From positions 32,001-96,000 of the forward strand of contig JAYZBV010000113.1 of assembly GCA_036338595.1 (NCBI GenBank): a DNA stretch of 64,000 bases, read 5' to 3'. The notes below the pieces were generated by a model. That model did no database searches. It saw only the letters and a list, made by a program, of their open reading frames with translations, and was not told the origin of the DNA. Positions within the stretch are counted from its first letter, which is position 1, and each line of letters begins with the position of its first letter. This DNA comes from Planctomycetota bacterium (GTDB taxonomy: Bacteria > Planctomycetota > UBA8108 > UBA1146). Made by a program: the position numbers and the translations under genes. Below, piece by piece: positions 46,296-56,793 of the stretch.

Positions 46296-49121
46296 TCAGA
46301 TTTCACATGAACCGCAGTTGGTCACTGGAGCAGAGTCGGGACCGCCTCCAAACAAGAACATCAACTGATGGACCACGTCGCCGAGATTCAACATTTGATC
46401 TCCATTTACATCTCCAGATTTCGGACAGGGAAGGGCTCCACCTGTTCCGAACAGGTAGAGAACCAGGGTGATGGGATCAGAGGTGTCCTCCGATCCATCG
46501 GCATTGACGTCTCCCATCGACAGCACCTTGACCTCGTTGTTTCTTGTCATCGTCGAGACGGTTCCGCAGGTTCCGTATGCATCCAGCGTCACGCTGAAGA
46601 AACCCGGTGAATCGTAATTGAACGAGGCGTTTCCGTTATTCTGAACGGTGGCTCCGTCTCCAAAATCCCAGAGCAGGTGATCGATGGTTCCACTCGACAG
46701 GTTCTGGAATTCGGCGCAATAGGGAGCGATACCGATCCAACTGGACAGATCGAAATCCGCAACTGGTGCTTCACAGACGATCACGGATAGCTGAGAAAAT
46801 GCAGTTCCGCACGGGTTCTCCACCGTCAAGCGTACATCGTAGGTACCGGGGAGCGCGTACAGGTGCACAGCATTCAGGTCTGGAGACCCGGTGCCATCGC
46901 CGAAGTCCCAGTACAGAAGGTCAGCAGCGCTGCCGCCCAGTGTTCCAGAGAATGCGATCGGAAACGGGATATCGGTAACCAGTGAAGAACTGGTCGCGAT
47001 CACGGTGGGGGCCACACAGGGCGCATCATCACCATGGATGACCAGACCCACATCGGTCAGCCAACCCTGGTTACTGGCGAGATTGTCCTGAACCCTCAGG
47101 GTCCAGATTCCCTGCATCGATTCACCGATGAACGCCTCGAGCAAGCCTGCGGGTTGCATTCGGAGTCCATCTGCAACGAGCGTCTCGTCGTAGGCAATAC
47201 CGCTGATGTCATAAACAGAGTCGATCGCTGTACCGGCATATCCTCCGAAGCCCTCAAGAATCGCAATGGATCCCTGTGGCGAAATCAAAGTGACATGGAT
47301 CTGATCGATCGATGGATGGGTCAGTTGTAACTCAACCTCGATGTCGGTAATCGCGATGTTCTCCTGAACTTCGATGCTGAACTCCATCGGATTTCCACCT
47401 GAGTTGAGGAGAACAGGTTCCAGTAGGTCCAGACTCCAGCTCTGAAGAATGCCGTCGTCGCTGGTCACGCTATCGTCCACCTGAAGAGTCCAGTTTCCGT
47501 CGATGGCTTCTCCCAGGAAATCGTTCAGCGCCCCTGGACCTTGAGGAGCCATCTGTTGCCCGGTGGGTAGATTCTCGGTGGCAAACGGGATTCCCTGGTG
47601 ATCAAAGGTAGTGTGAATCTCTCCAGCAGTAGCCGGCCCCTGTCCCAGCAAGGTCACCTCTGTACCCAGCGGGCTGGCGATTTTGATGGCCAGGTCCGAT
47701 AGAAATCCATGGATCAGGTCAATTCCGACATCCAGGTCGATGGCACTGAAGGTGTCAGAGATGGCGATCGCATCCAGGATCGGAATCGACTGACTGACCG
47801 CCTGATTCTGTGTTCCCTGGGCATGGAGCACCGAAAAGACCCCGCGGTGGATGCGCTTCGTTGCTTCATCGATTCTGACGCACCAGTTCGAGAGAGTTCC
47901 ATCGGAACCAGGGTAAGGGTCGGCGACCGTCAGGATCCAGTTGCCTTGAATCTCCTGGCCATCGAAATCATCCAGCGATCCGGGGCCATCTGGTTGGATC
48001 CCCTGGCCGTCCGAGTCAAAAACCAGCCCCCACAAACTTCCGCTGTACTGTGTTTCTGTGAGCAGGCTTACCGTGGTTCCTGCAGGACTGGTGATGTTGA
48101 CGGTGATATCCGCAGGAAAATCATGATCCATCTCGATGTAGACGTCTACATCACGCACCGTTCCGTAGTGGTCAAAGTGGACCATCTCCAGAATCAGGGA
48201 GGTGTCATTGATGGGGTTCAAGCCAACTGGCCCACAGATTTCGAACTCATGTTGTCCACTGAGTTGAGGGGCAGGACACGCAGGTTGAGATTCCAGTTCA
48301 TAGATACGATTGAGAGATGCGTCGACAAGGAACACCGATGGAACTGCCTGAGAGCCACTTGAAACGTGGGCGATCCCGTTGATGAATCCTCCAAGCGAAG
48401 AGATATCCGTCTCGGCTCTGATCACTCCTGACGAATCCATTGTGCTGATGGCGCTGACACTGGTAGCACCGGGTACATTATGCGGAACAAGCAGCAGGTT
48501 GCAGTCATTGCGATAAGCGATGCTGTTGCCAGCGCCGCTACCAGCAGGATGACCAATTATCGATCCAGAAAATTCACCCGTGAGTAGGTGGCTGCTGTAC
48601 TGATCATTTGTGACATCCACAGCCCACATCGTTTGATCCGAAGTGATGCAGATGTCTCCGACGATGCCTCCCCCTGGAAGAGCCAGGTTCCCGACAATTT
48701 CCGGATTGGTTCCGTCCTTGAGGGATCTCCAGAGATTTGGCGATGATCCTGGAATAGCCCAGTAGATGTGCTGACCCGAGATGGCGATTCCATTTGTCGA
48801 GACATTGCCGGCAGGATTGGGAATTGTGGAAACCACCCCAGCTGACAGGTCGTCGATGCTGTAGAGATGCGTGGTGCCGCTGAAGAGATCGCAGACATAG
48901 AGAAGTCGTTGAGGTTCATCCACACAAATTCCCAGTGGATTGCTGCCGCCATGTCCTACAGACTGGATGACATCTCCCGGAATCATGGGGGCGGATGTGG
49001 ATCCAGCAGGGGGTGCCAGTGCCCCTGAGGTCTGCGATACGGAGCCAGGAGTCTGAGACTGCGCCTCGACCTGAGAGCAACACAGGAGCAGCATGAGGGT
49101 CGGAATGAGTTTCGAATGCAT
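46296..49121 (-). CDS. large secreted protein: beta-propeller-like N-terminus, 3 proprotein-convertase P-domains, 2 PKD domains, C-terminal dockerin-like domain
   Basis: Signal peptide; three ..H....D..I...SP.GT...L...F.G....G.W.L.V.D....G.L..W units; two WDFGDG motifs; GDVNADG...C....DVNGD tail. Confidence 0.85.
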   Translation of the reverse strand: MHSKLIPTLMLLLCCSQVEAQSQTPGSVSQTSGALAPPAGSTSAPMIPGDVIQSVGHGGSNPLGICVDEPQRLLYVCDLFSGTTHLYSIDDLSAGVVSTIPNPAGNVSTNGIAISGQHIYWAIPGSSPNLWRSLKDGTNPEIVGNLALPGGGIVGDICITSDQTMWAVDVTNDQYSSHLLTGEFSGSIIGHPAGSGAGNSIAYRNDCNLLLVPHNVPGATSVSAISTMDSSGVIRAETDISSLGGFINGIAHVSSGSQAVPSVFLVDASLNRIYELESQPACPAPQLSGQHEFEICGPVGLNPINDTSLILEMVHFDHYGTVRDVDVYIEMDHDFPADITVNITSPAGTTVSLLTETQYSGSLWGLVFDSDGQGIQPDGPGSLDDFDGQEIQGNWILTVADPYPGSDGTLSNWCVRIDEATKRIHRGVFSVLHAQGTQNQAVSQSIPILDAIAISDTFSAIDLDVGIDLIHGFLSDLAIKIASPLGTEVTLLGQGPATAGEIHTTFDHQGIPFATENLPTGQQMAPQGPGALNDFLGEAIDGNWTLQVDDSVTSDDGILQSWSLDLLEPVLLNSGGNPMEFSIEVQENIAITDIEVELQLTHPSIDQIHVTLISPQGSIAILEGFGGYAGTAIDSVYDISGIAYDETLVADGLRMQPAGLLEAFIGESMQGIWTLRVQDNLASNQGWLTDVGLVIHGDDAPCVAPTVIATSSSLVTDIPFPIAFSGTLGGSAADLLYWDFGDGTGSPDLNAVHLYALPGTYDVRLTVENPCGTAFSQLSVIVCEAPVADFDLSSWIGIAPYCAEFQNLSSGTIDHLLWDFGDGATVQNNGNASFNYDSPGFFSVTLDAYGTCGTVSTMTRNNEVKVLSMGDVNADGSEDTSDPITLVLYLFGTGGALPCPKSGDVNGDQMLNLGDVVHQLMFLFGGGPDSAPVTNCGSCEI

Positions 49122-49301
49122 CGAAAACCTCCGGGAATTATCGAGTGAAAGGTGCGAAAATGACAGGTGAGGGCAGGGACCCTTCCTGACTAACAAAGGT
49201 AACTATCTGTCTATTGTAAACCTTGTAAGGTCCGCGTCTACCCATCCAGTGGTTGGGAGACGGCGGCATTGACCTGTAATCTGGCGCCAGGAAGGGCTCT
49301 C

Positions 49302-50732
49302 ATGTTGTTCCAGCGAGGTACTTTTCTACTGATCGCCGCGGTATTGGTGTTCGGCGCGCCTCTCGCCGGGGATGAACCCGGAAAAATTGACCGACAACGA
49401 GCAGATCTTCTCCGCGACCTGCAGGCTTCCGAGCCTCCCACTCACAAGCGTGCGATGGAGCAAATTCTGCTCAACCGGGATGCAGCGCTACTCCCTGAGC
49501 TGGAGAAACTACTCACCCTGAAAGATTCTTCCCTTCGCAGACGAATCACGATGCTGGTGCTACGAGCTTTTCCCGACCAAGCGTTCGACTTCTTCGGGCG
49601 CTGCCTCGCCGCCGACAATGTCCATAGCCAGGAGGCTGCTGCACACGGTTTCGGCTTCATTTCGGATCTACGTGTCGCGGCGATTCTCGAGCCACTCCTC
49701 GGGAGCACCAATCGGGTTCTGAAAATCGCAGCCTTGCGCGGATTTCAATCCCAGATCATGCCTCTTGCTCAAAGCGCTTTCCGCCGCGTCGCCGGCGGGG
49801 AAGCGCAGGACACTGCCAAGATGATCGAGTGTAGTAATGCGGCACTCGCCGCCATCGAGCGGGCCCACCAGTCCAAACCTGCGGATGGAGATCTCTCCAG
49901 GATGCGACTGCGGCTGCTCGATTCGAAAAATAGTTCCAGCGCCAGGGAAAGTTGGCTCTCTGCAACTGCTGAAACTGGCAAGGACGTTGCCGGTTTCAAG
50001 AAATTATTCAGTGCTAATGATTCCTGGATCGGTCGAGCACGGCCACCTGCACGGCTCGACTACAACTTTTCGATGGTGAATTTTGCTTCCGATTCCAACA
50101 AGGAGATTGAGATCCACTCCACGGTAGAGGATATGGAATCGCTCCGGATGATGGGCTACGACCTGGATCGTGTCATTCACCTTCGAACGGCATCAGACCT
50201 GCTGTTTTGCACCCCTTCCGGAACTCAGCCCGAGATGGTTTCGGAATCCGGTTCCGCCAACGGTGTGATTCGCCTGCAGATCTCCAGCTTCCCATTTCGT
50301 CATGCAGGGATCGGGCTTCTGAATATCTCCTACTGGGAAGGGACCATCCGTGGCGCCGACCATGCCCACATCCAGTTCGATCTCGATTCTGGTCGAATCA
50401 TCGAAGAGTCCATCTTTGATGAATCTGGAAAACTGCTGTGGAAACTGGTAGTGCAGTCCTGGCTTCCGGGTCACCGCTATCCGGCTCAACTGCTTCTCGA
50501 CATGCCAGGCGGGAGAAGTGGGGCTCGTGCTGCACATCTACGTTTCGAGTTGACCTATCAACTCGCCAAGGAAGCGTGGGTCCTCAAGGAAGGGACCACG
50601 AGCGAGGTCGTTGACGCTGTGGCTGAGATCCGCGCTCACGGTGAGGTTGCGCTCTTGCCCGCTCCAGAAGCGGTGGAGTCTGCTGAGGATTCTTCGGGCC
50701 AGGGTTCGGATGCTGCGACTCCCCGGGAGTAA
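49302..50732 (+). CDS. exported HEAT-repeat protein with beta-rich C-terminal domain
   Basis: Signal peptide; HEAT-like helices (EAAAHGFG; KIAALRG). Confidence 0.7.
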   Translation: MLFQRGTFLLIAAVLVFGAPLAGDEPGKIDRQRADLLRDLQASEPPTHKRAMEQILLNRDAALLPELEKLLTLKDSSLRRRITMLVLRAFPDQAFDFFGRCLAADNVHSQEAAAHGFGFISDLRVAAILEPLLGSTNRVLKIAALRGFQSQIMPLAQSAFRRVAGGEAQDTAKMIECSNAALAAIERAHQSKPADGDLSRMRLRLLDSKNSSSARESWLSATAETGKDVAGFKKLFSANDSWIGRARPPARLDYNFSMVNFASDSNKEIEIHSTVEDMESLRMMGYDLDRVIHLRTASDLLFCTPSGTQPEMVSESGSANGVIRLQISSFPFRHAGIGLLNISYWEGTIRGADHAHIQFDLDSGRIIEESIFDESGKLLWKLVVQSWLPGHRYPAQLLLDMPGGRSGARAAHLRFELTYQLAKEAWVLKEGTTSEVVDAVAEIRAHGEVALLPAPEAVESAEDSSGQGSDAATPRE

Positions 50733-52240
50733 AGGGTCCGGTTGCCGCTGAGTCGGCTGGCTATGTCATTGCGATCCGCGCTGCGAGCCGCCTCCAGTGC
50801 TGCGTCTTGCCACTGGATCGCTTCCTGGAAGTTTCCCTGTGCTGCGAGCAACATCGCCTTGGTCTCTACCAGTTCGAGCGTGGTTTGAACCTGCAGCAGT
50901 GCCTCGATCTGGGCCAGATAGGAGACCAGTTGCTCGCTCGCAGGGTCTGGATCGGTGGCTGCCAGTCGTGCCGCCAGGCTGATCAATCGGGCGTCATTTC
51001 CGGTGGCGATTCGGCCAGCGAGACAGGCTTTGAGAGCAGCATCCCTGTCCCCGATTCGCAGGTGACAAACCGCTTCTGCAAGCCAGGCAGTGGCGTTGCC
51101 CGGGCGAAGTGTGCGAACCTTCTTCATCTCCATCGCTGCTTCCCAGAAGTGCCCCAGCCTGCGCAGGGCGTTTGCTCTGTTGAATCGAGCTTCAGTATTG
51201 TCAGGATGGATGAGCAGTGCCTGGTCGTAACAACGAATCGCCTCCGACTCCTGATTCTGCGCGGCATGAAGTACACCCAGATCAAACCACGCGATCGTCG
51301 AGGCCGGGTCGAGCAGAATCGCTTCTTCGTATTCTTCAATCGCTTCTGAAATTCGTTTCAACTTGGCCAGCGCAGAACCCAGGTTGAGGTGTGCCGTGGC
51401 GGATTCAGGCGCAACGGAGCACGCCTTCGCAAACTGCTCCCGGGCCTGCTCAAAAAGGCCCTCCTGGAAGAGCGTGGTTCCCCGATTGAGAGCGATCCTG
51501 GCCCCGACTGGACGGTTCTTCACCTCGTCTAGCCAGGGGTCTGCGACTCTGGGATAGGCATCTCCGCGCGCTTTCATCTGTACCATGGCGCGAGCGTTGT
51601 GACCGAGATCGCGAAGAGCCAGACCCAGGGGGTAACGCAATCCGGAAGCAGCGGGCGAGAGAGTCAGAGCATGCTCGAGGTATTCGAGGGCGAGTTGTGG
51701 TTGCTTTTCCTCCAGTGCAATCTTCCCCAGGGCTGCCAGTGCGGGCGCACTGTTGGGCTGAAGATCCAGCAACTTCATGTAGTAGGTTCTGGATATTTCA
51801 GGTTCACCGAGTTCAAGGTAGAGGTCTCCCAGGGCAGCCAGTGATGGTGGATGAGCTGGAATCAATTCCAGCACCTCCACAAGTAGCCGGGAGGCCTCGG
51901 CCTCCATCCCCAGTTGCACCTGGATCATCGCCCGCAGGTACTTCCACTGAGCAGAATCGGCATCCAGATCCAACGCCCGCTGATAGCAGGAGTGTGCGGC
52001 AATCGGTAAATCATAGGCATGATAGGTGATGGCAGCATCGCCGTAGGCCGCCGCCAGTTCTACCCCCTCAAGACTCTCGTGTGCCTGCTCAAGTGTCTCG
52101 TGGGTTTGATCCAGATGCTCGACGACCCCTGCCTCCAGCCCAACCAGGTCTGGTGGCTCGGGAGGCTGAATGCTCGAATCGCATCCAGCCAGCGATAGCC
52201 CGGCCGTCATCAGTAATGTGCGAGGCAAACTCGATCTCAT
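50636..52240 (-). CDS. tetratricopeptide-repeat lipoprotein
   Basis: Lipobox LAGC; many TPR units (A...LG..., A...Y..AL.L.P); ATGA coupling to the upstream gene. Confidence 0.88.
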   Translation of the reverse strand: MRSSLPRTLLMTAGLSLAGCDSSIQPPEPPDLVGLEAGVVEHLDQTHETLEQAHESLEGVELAAAYGDAAITYHAYDLPIAAHSCYQRALDLDADSAQWKYLRAMIQVQLGMEAEASRLLVEVLELIPAHPPSLAALGDLYLELGEPEISRTYYMKLLDLQPNSAPALAALGKIALEEKQPQLALEYLEHALTLSPAASGLRYPLGLALRDLGHNARAMVQMKARGDAYPRVADPWLDEVKNRPVGARIALNRGTTLFQEGLFEQAREQFAKACSVAPESATAHLNLGSALAKLKRISEAIEEYEEAILLDPASTIAWFDLGVLHAAQNQESEAIRCYDQALLIHPDNTEARFNRANALRRLGHFWEAAMEMKKVRTLRPGNATAWLAEAVCHLRIGDRDAALKACLAGRIATGNDARLISLAARLAATDPDPASEQLVSYLAQIEALLQVQTTLELVETKAMLLAAQGNFQEAIQWQDAALEAARSADRNDIASRLSGNRTLYSRGVAASEPWPEESSADSTASGAGKSATSP

Positions 52241-54012
52241 CGTCGAGGAATCCCTTCGCCACGGCGCAGCGTGTGATACCGGCGCAGTGCCAGATCATCG
52301 AAGACCTCAATCAAGCCGTCGAACCAAAAAACTGTGACTTCGCAGTTTTCCGTCCCTTCTCCCAGGCCCACCGAAATTCGTGGATCATTACTGCACAGAT
52401 AAGATCCTCCCCGCCTGGATCGACGCGAGATTACCGTTCTCTCGCCCTGTCGGATCTCACACCTGATCCCTGCCTCGACCCTTCCTTCAGCCTTGCGGAC
52501 ATCGAGACCGATCCAGGAACTGCTGGAGCCGATCCTGTTCTGAAGAAGACGGACAGTCCCACAGTTATTACTGACCAGAATATCAATGTCTCCATCGTTG
52601 TCGATGTCCCCAAATGCTGCACCTCGACCGACCGCTTCCTCCTGCAGCACCGTTGCTCTGGCAGCATCGAGTTCTTCGAAGTGAGTTCCGTCCCGATTGA
52701 TGAACAGCTGATCGGGTTGATCCAGTGGATAGGGATCGCCCGCAGCAACTCGTTCTTCCATCCGCTTCACCGCTCCGTTGGTCACGAACAGGTCGAGAAA
52801 CCCATCATTCTGCAGATCAAACCACGCCGTCCCGAATCCAGTCCAGCGGCGACTGGGAACGCCGAGTCCCGACTGTGCAGACTCATCATCGAATACACCC
52901 TTACCGTTGTTGGTGTAAAGGGTGTTGGTTTCTCCGGTCAGATGTGTGACAAAGATATCATCGTCTCCATCCCCATCGAAATCAGCAAGGTCTGCTCCCA
53001 TCGATGCCTCCGGGCGGCCATCCCTGTTGTATGCGCAACCAGCAAGTAGGGCTGTATCCTCGAATACGAAGGGGGCGACCTGCCGCCACAGCCGATTGGC
53101 CATGCCATCGTTGGCGACATAGAGGTCCAGCCTTCCGTCTGCATCGAGATCTGAACTGACAACGCCGAGGCCTGCACCCGGGTGCGCTCCAATGCCACTG
53201 GGTGAAGTCATGTCGTCAAAGGTTCCGTCTCCACGGTTTCGGTAGATGCGATCAGGCAACGGGGGATAGGAACTGGGCCCGCAGTACTCAACAGCACTGC
53301 TGTCGGAGAAGCAGGGCTTATGATTCTTCAGCGTGAAATCGATGTAGGAGCAAACATACAGATCATCATCTCCATCGGCGTCGATGTCGATGAAGAGGGC
53401 GCTGGTAGTCCAACGAGCATCTCCCAGGCCCGCCGCCTCGGTTCCATCGATGAATGTGCCGTCACCTTGATTGACCCACAACTGATCGTCGCCGAATTGT
53501 GTCAGGTATAGATCGAGATCGCCATCACCCTCGATATCACCCACTGCGCACCCCATACCGTAGCCCTTCGCTTCGATCCTGGATGAGCGGGTCACATCGA
53601 TGAATTGTGGGATCCCCACATCATCCACTCCCTCGTTTCGATACAATCTGGCGCCCGTCGGCTGCCCAGCAGGGGGAGAAAAGATCCGGTTCGAATCGTG
53701 CTTGGTGTCTCCCAGCAATCTCCCCTGGGCGAGAAAGATATCGAGATCCCCGTCACCATCAAAATCCAGGAACGCTGAGCCTGGGCCGACCGTCTCACAG
53801 AAGTAGAGCTCCCCGGTCATGCCATTGTCATGCCAGAACTGGATCCCGGATTCATCCGTGATATCCACCAGAACCTGTGGTGTCGACGACGCAGCAACAC
53901 ACCCCGACAGAGCCAGGCAGAGAAATGCCACCGGCAGAGACAACTGCCGATCTGGAGCGCAACGCAGCACCCTCGGAGGGGTTAGATCGATGGGGTCGGG
54001 GCAGCAGGACAT
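52237..54012 (-). CDS. CRTAC1-family FG-GAP repeat protein with ASPIC/UnbV domain, probable lipoprotein
   Basis: Repeated DFDGDGDLD/DIDNDGDID motifs, GRGAAFGD, GGSYL.S......GLG; lipobox LSGC. Confidence 0.9.
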   Translation of the reverse strand: MSCCPDPIDLTPPRVLRCAPDRQLSLPVAFLCLALSGCVAASSTPQVLVDITDESGIQFWHDNGMTGELYFCETVGPGSAFLDFDGDGDLDIFLAQGRLLGDTKHDSNRIFSPPAGQPTGARLYRNEGVDDVGIPQFIDVTRSSRIEAKGYGMGCAVGDIEGDGDLDLYLTQFGDDQLWVNQGDGTFIDGTEAAGLGDARWTTSALFIDIDADGDDDLYVCSYIDFTLKNHKPCFSDSSAVEYCGPSSYPPLPDRIYRNRGDGTFDDMTSPSGIGAHPGAGLGVVSSDLDADGRLDLYVANDGMANRLWRQVAPFVFEDTALLAGCAYNRDGRPEASMGADLADFDGDGDDDIFVTHLTGETNTLYTNNGKGVFDDESAQSGLGVPSRRWTGFGTAWFDLQNDGFLDLFVTNGAVKRMEERVAAGDPYPLDQPDQLFINRDGTHFEELDAARATVLQEEAVGRGAAFGDIDNDGDIDILVSNNCGTVRLLQNRIGSSSSWIGLDVRKAEGRVEAGIRCEIRQGERTVISRRSRRGGSYLCSNDPRISVGLGEGTENCEVTVFWFDGLIEVFDDLALRRYHTLRRGEGIPRR

Positions 54013-54128
54013 ACGCTGTGGCCTTCACTCTCCCTGGCTGGGGGCCCTCCAGTTGGGAAATCCACTGGTAACTTCAGTTGCCAGGGGGAGAATCAGTCTG
54101 GCGCCTGTTCGTGGAAGGATACCCGCTC

Positions 54129-55184
54129 ATGAGCCAATCATCAGCAGCACAACTCACCACTCCTTCCAGAGGAGTGCGCATCCTGGCGATGGCGCTGGGA
54201 GTGTTGCTGACATTGTCTCCTGTCGAGGTGGGTTTTGCCGACATCTTCCATCTCAAGGACGGCCGGGTCATCGATGGGGCCGTACTGAGAGAGATCGGAG
54301 ACCTGATCAGCATCCGATCGAGCGATGGAGCAGTGATTACCATCGATCGGAGCGAGATCGTCAAGACAGAGAAACAGTTGACTCCCATCGACCAGTATCG
54401 CACCCGGCTCGACCAGTTGGATCCCTCAAGTCTTGCAGATCAACTGAGCCTGGCTCGCTGGTGTGACTCGGTCAATCTCACTCCTCAGGCGATGAAGCAC
54501 TGGAAGAGAGTGATTCAGATCGATCCCGATCACGATCAAGCCCGTTCCGTTCTGGGATATGTTTGGATCGGTGGTGACTGGTTTCTTCGAGGGTCCGATG
54601 ATGCGAAGAAGCGACGGGCTGAACTCGAGCTCGATCCGGCTACTCCCGCAAAGGTGATCCCGGAAGAATTGAGACTTCCCGAGTGGGAACGACCTGACTC
54701 CGGTGTCATCCCTGAGTTGCCCCCCTTGCCCACCCTGGGAGTGGATCGCGTGGTCGTGACGATGGACGAGAAACTTGGGAGATCCGGGCCAGAGCGTTCT
54801 GGAATGACTTATCACCTCCGTCGAATGGGTGGAAAACTCCAGTTCGTGGAAGGCAAAGATGATGGAAAAGTACCGGTAGTCCTGAAGATCAGGATTCGTT
54901 GCTACTTCGTCAGGCTCGAAACGTTTTATGGAGCCCCCATCGCCAATATTTTTCAGGGCGAAGCCAGGGCGCAGTTCTTCGAGCGAAATTCAAAGGGTGA
55001 CATGGTGCTTCGAAAGACCACAAAGATGCGTATTCCCTTCTCCTCCAGTGCACAGCGGCCAAAGGAGCAGGCGTTACAGTACACCTACTATGTCACTCTC
55101 GAGACAATCGCCGCCAGGATCTCCCGCTGGAGTTGGATGAAGCAACGGGGATCCAGATCGTTGCCGATGCCGGACTCTCCTTGA
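54129..55184 (+). CDS. exported hypothetical protein with TPR-like segment
   Basis: Signal peptide ending in ADIFHLKDGRVIDG; LARWC...L...A..HW..VI.IDPDH..AR..LGYV. Confidence 0.75.
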   Translation: MSQSSAAQLTTPSRGVRILAMALGVLLTLSPVEVGFADIFHLKDGRVIDGAVLREIGDLISIRSSDGAVITIDRSEIVKTEKQLTPIDQYRTRLDQLDPSSLADQLSLARWCDSVNLTPQAMKHWKRVIQIDPDHDQARSVLGYVWIGGDWFLRGSDDAKKRRAELELDPATPAKVIPEELRLPEWERPDSGVIPELPPLPTLGVDRVVVTMDEKLGRSGPERSGMTYHLRRMGGKLQFVEGKDDGKVPVVLKIRIRCYFVRLETFYGAPIANIFQGEARAQFFERNSKGDMVLRKTTKMRIPFSSSAQRPKEQALQYTYYVTLETIAARISRWSWMKQRGSRSLPMPDSP

Positions 55185-55414
55185 TGACTTCCGAGGGGTT
55201 CTCCGCTGCCACAAATACGCCGGCTGGGCTGCCTGAAGCCGGGACAGAGGCAAAGCGGATCGTCATGTGGCAACTGCTCTCAGGCCTTGCTCAGGGGCTG
55301 ATCGGAATGCTGAGATTCCCGGTCTTCTTGCTTCGACGTCATGCCATCTCTGCCAACATCGCAAGAATCATTCAGGATGAATCCGAGTCATCGATGAAGA
55401 GTGAACTCGAGTAG
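55184..55414 (+). CDS. small hypothetical protein (76 aa)
   Basis: TGATG stop/start overlap with the upstream gene; central hydrophobic stretch. Confidence 0.5.
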   Translation: MTSEGFSAATNTPAGLPEAGTEAKRIVMWQLLSGLAQGLIGMLRFPVFLLRRHAISANIARIIQDESESSMKSELE

Positions 55415-55599
55415 ATTTGCCGGCAGTAGTGTCCCCCTGACGGGAACTCTCAGAGCCTGGCCATGACCTTGCTCCACCCCGACAACAGGCTCTCGACAAG
55501 GTGCCGTACTGGATCGAGAATCGAGGCCCTTTCCTGGTGCGGTGCTGGTTGCTAACCTTCGCCAACAAGAATTCATCGTCTGCTGAAGGGCGGTCGAGG

Positions 55600-56793
55600 T
55601 TGCGTTCCATTGCCGAGTTATTGCCACTGCTGGCACCTGGTGACCCGGTGTTGCTGCGTGCCGATCTGAATGTTCCCATCGATTCGGGGACCATCACCGA
55701 TAGCAATCGAATCGAGGCACTGCTGCCTTCCCTCAAGGCGTTGCAGGTGGCTGGTGCCAGGATCGTGCTGGTCTCACATCTGGGACGGCCAGCGGCTGTC
55801 GATCCGGCATTTTCCACCGCAGTGGTGGCCACTTCCCTGCAACAGCATCTGGAAACCGAAGTGGTTCATGTCTCCGAGATTCCTGCTGGTGCCGTGGCAG
55901 CACGAGAACTGGAATCGCTAGCTCCTGGTGGCGTCATGATGCTGGAAAATCTCCGCTTCGATCCCGGTGAAAAATCCAACGATGCTGACTTTGCCCGTTC
56001 ACTGGTGACTGGTTGCCAGTATTTCGTCAACGACGCGTTCGGGTGCTGCCATCGTGCGCATGCTTCCGTCGATGCAGTGGCGGATCTACTTCCATCCTAC
56101 GCAGGCTATCTTGTCGAGCGAGAAGTCGCCGTACTGACTCGACTCCGTATGGATGCGCAGCGTCCCTTCTGGATCATCGCAGGTGGCGCCAAGGTGCGTG
56201 ACAAGATCGGTGTTCTCGCTCACCTCTCTGGCCAGCTCGATGGCATCATCTGTGGCGGTGGACTCGCCAATACCTTGCTGGAAGGAGAGGGCGTGGATGT
56301 GGGGGCCTCGGCGACCGAACCTGAAGCGCTATCGAAGGTCAAGGATGTGCTGCTCGGGGGGCCAGAACTGGTGCTTCCCGTCGACTTCATTGCAGGTGAC
56401 CAGCTCGCAAGACCGACCAGGACCGAGATCGTGGCAGCGGGAACCTCTCCCGATGAGGGAATGATGTTTCTGGATATCGGTCCGGAGACCGCTCAACTCT
56501 TCTGTCAGAGACTCGAAGATGCCAGGACCATCTTCTGGAATGGCCCGCTCGGGGTCTTCGAGACGCCTGAGTTTCGAAGTGGGACCGCCTGCATCGCATC
56601 CTTTCTTGCAGCGCATCCGGGACTGGTCGTTGTGGGAGGGGGGGACAGCGCTGCTGCTGCCCGCCAGTTCGGCATCGCGGATCGTGTCCATCATGTATCT
56701 ACAGGTGGCGGCGCTGCTCTGCAGTTCCTGGAGGGCACAGAACTGCCAGGAATCGCTGCTCTCGAGCGCTCTGCAGGTGGGGAAGTGACTTGA
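55600..56793 (+). CDS. pgk: phosphoglycerate kinase
   Basis: RADLNVP, SHLGRP, LENLRF, VNDAFG..HRAHAS, GGAKV.DKI, WNGPLGVFE, GGGDS, STGGGA. Confidence 0.96.
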   Translation: MRSIAELLPLLAPGDPVLLRADLNVPIDSGTITDSNRIEALLPSLKALQVAGARIVLVSHLGRPAAVDPAFSTAVVATSLQQHLETEVVHVSEIPAGAVAARELESLAPGGVMMLENLRFDPGEKSNDADFARSLVTGCQYFVNDAFGCCHRAHASVDAVADLLPSYAGYLVEREVAVLTRLRMDAQRPFWIIAGGAKVRDKIGVLAHLSGQLDGIICGGGLANTLLEGEGVDVGASATEPEALSKVKDVLLGGPELVLPVDFIAGDQLARPTRTEIVAAGTSPDEGMMFLDIGPETAQLFCQRLEDARTIFWNGPLGVFETPEFRSGTACIASFLAAHPGLVVVGGGDSAAAARQFGIADRVHHVSTGGGAALQFLEGTELPGIAALERSAGGEVT

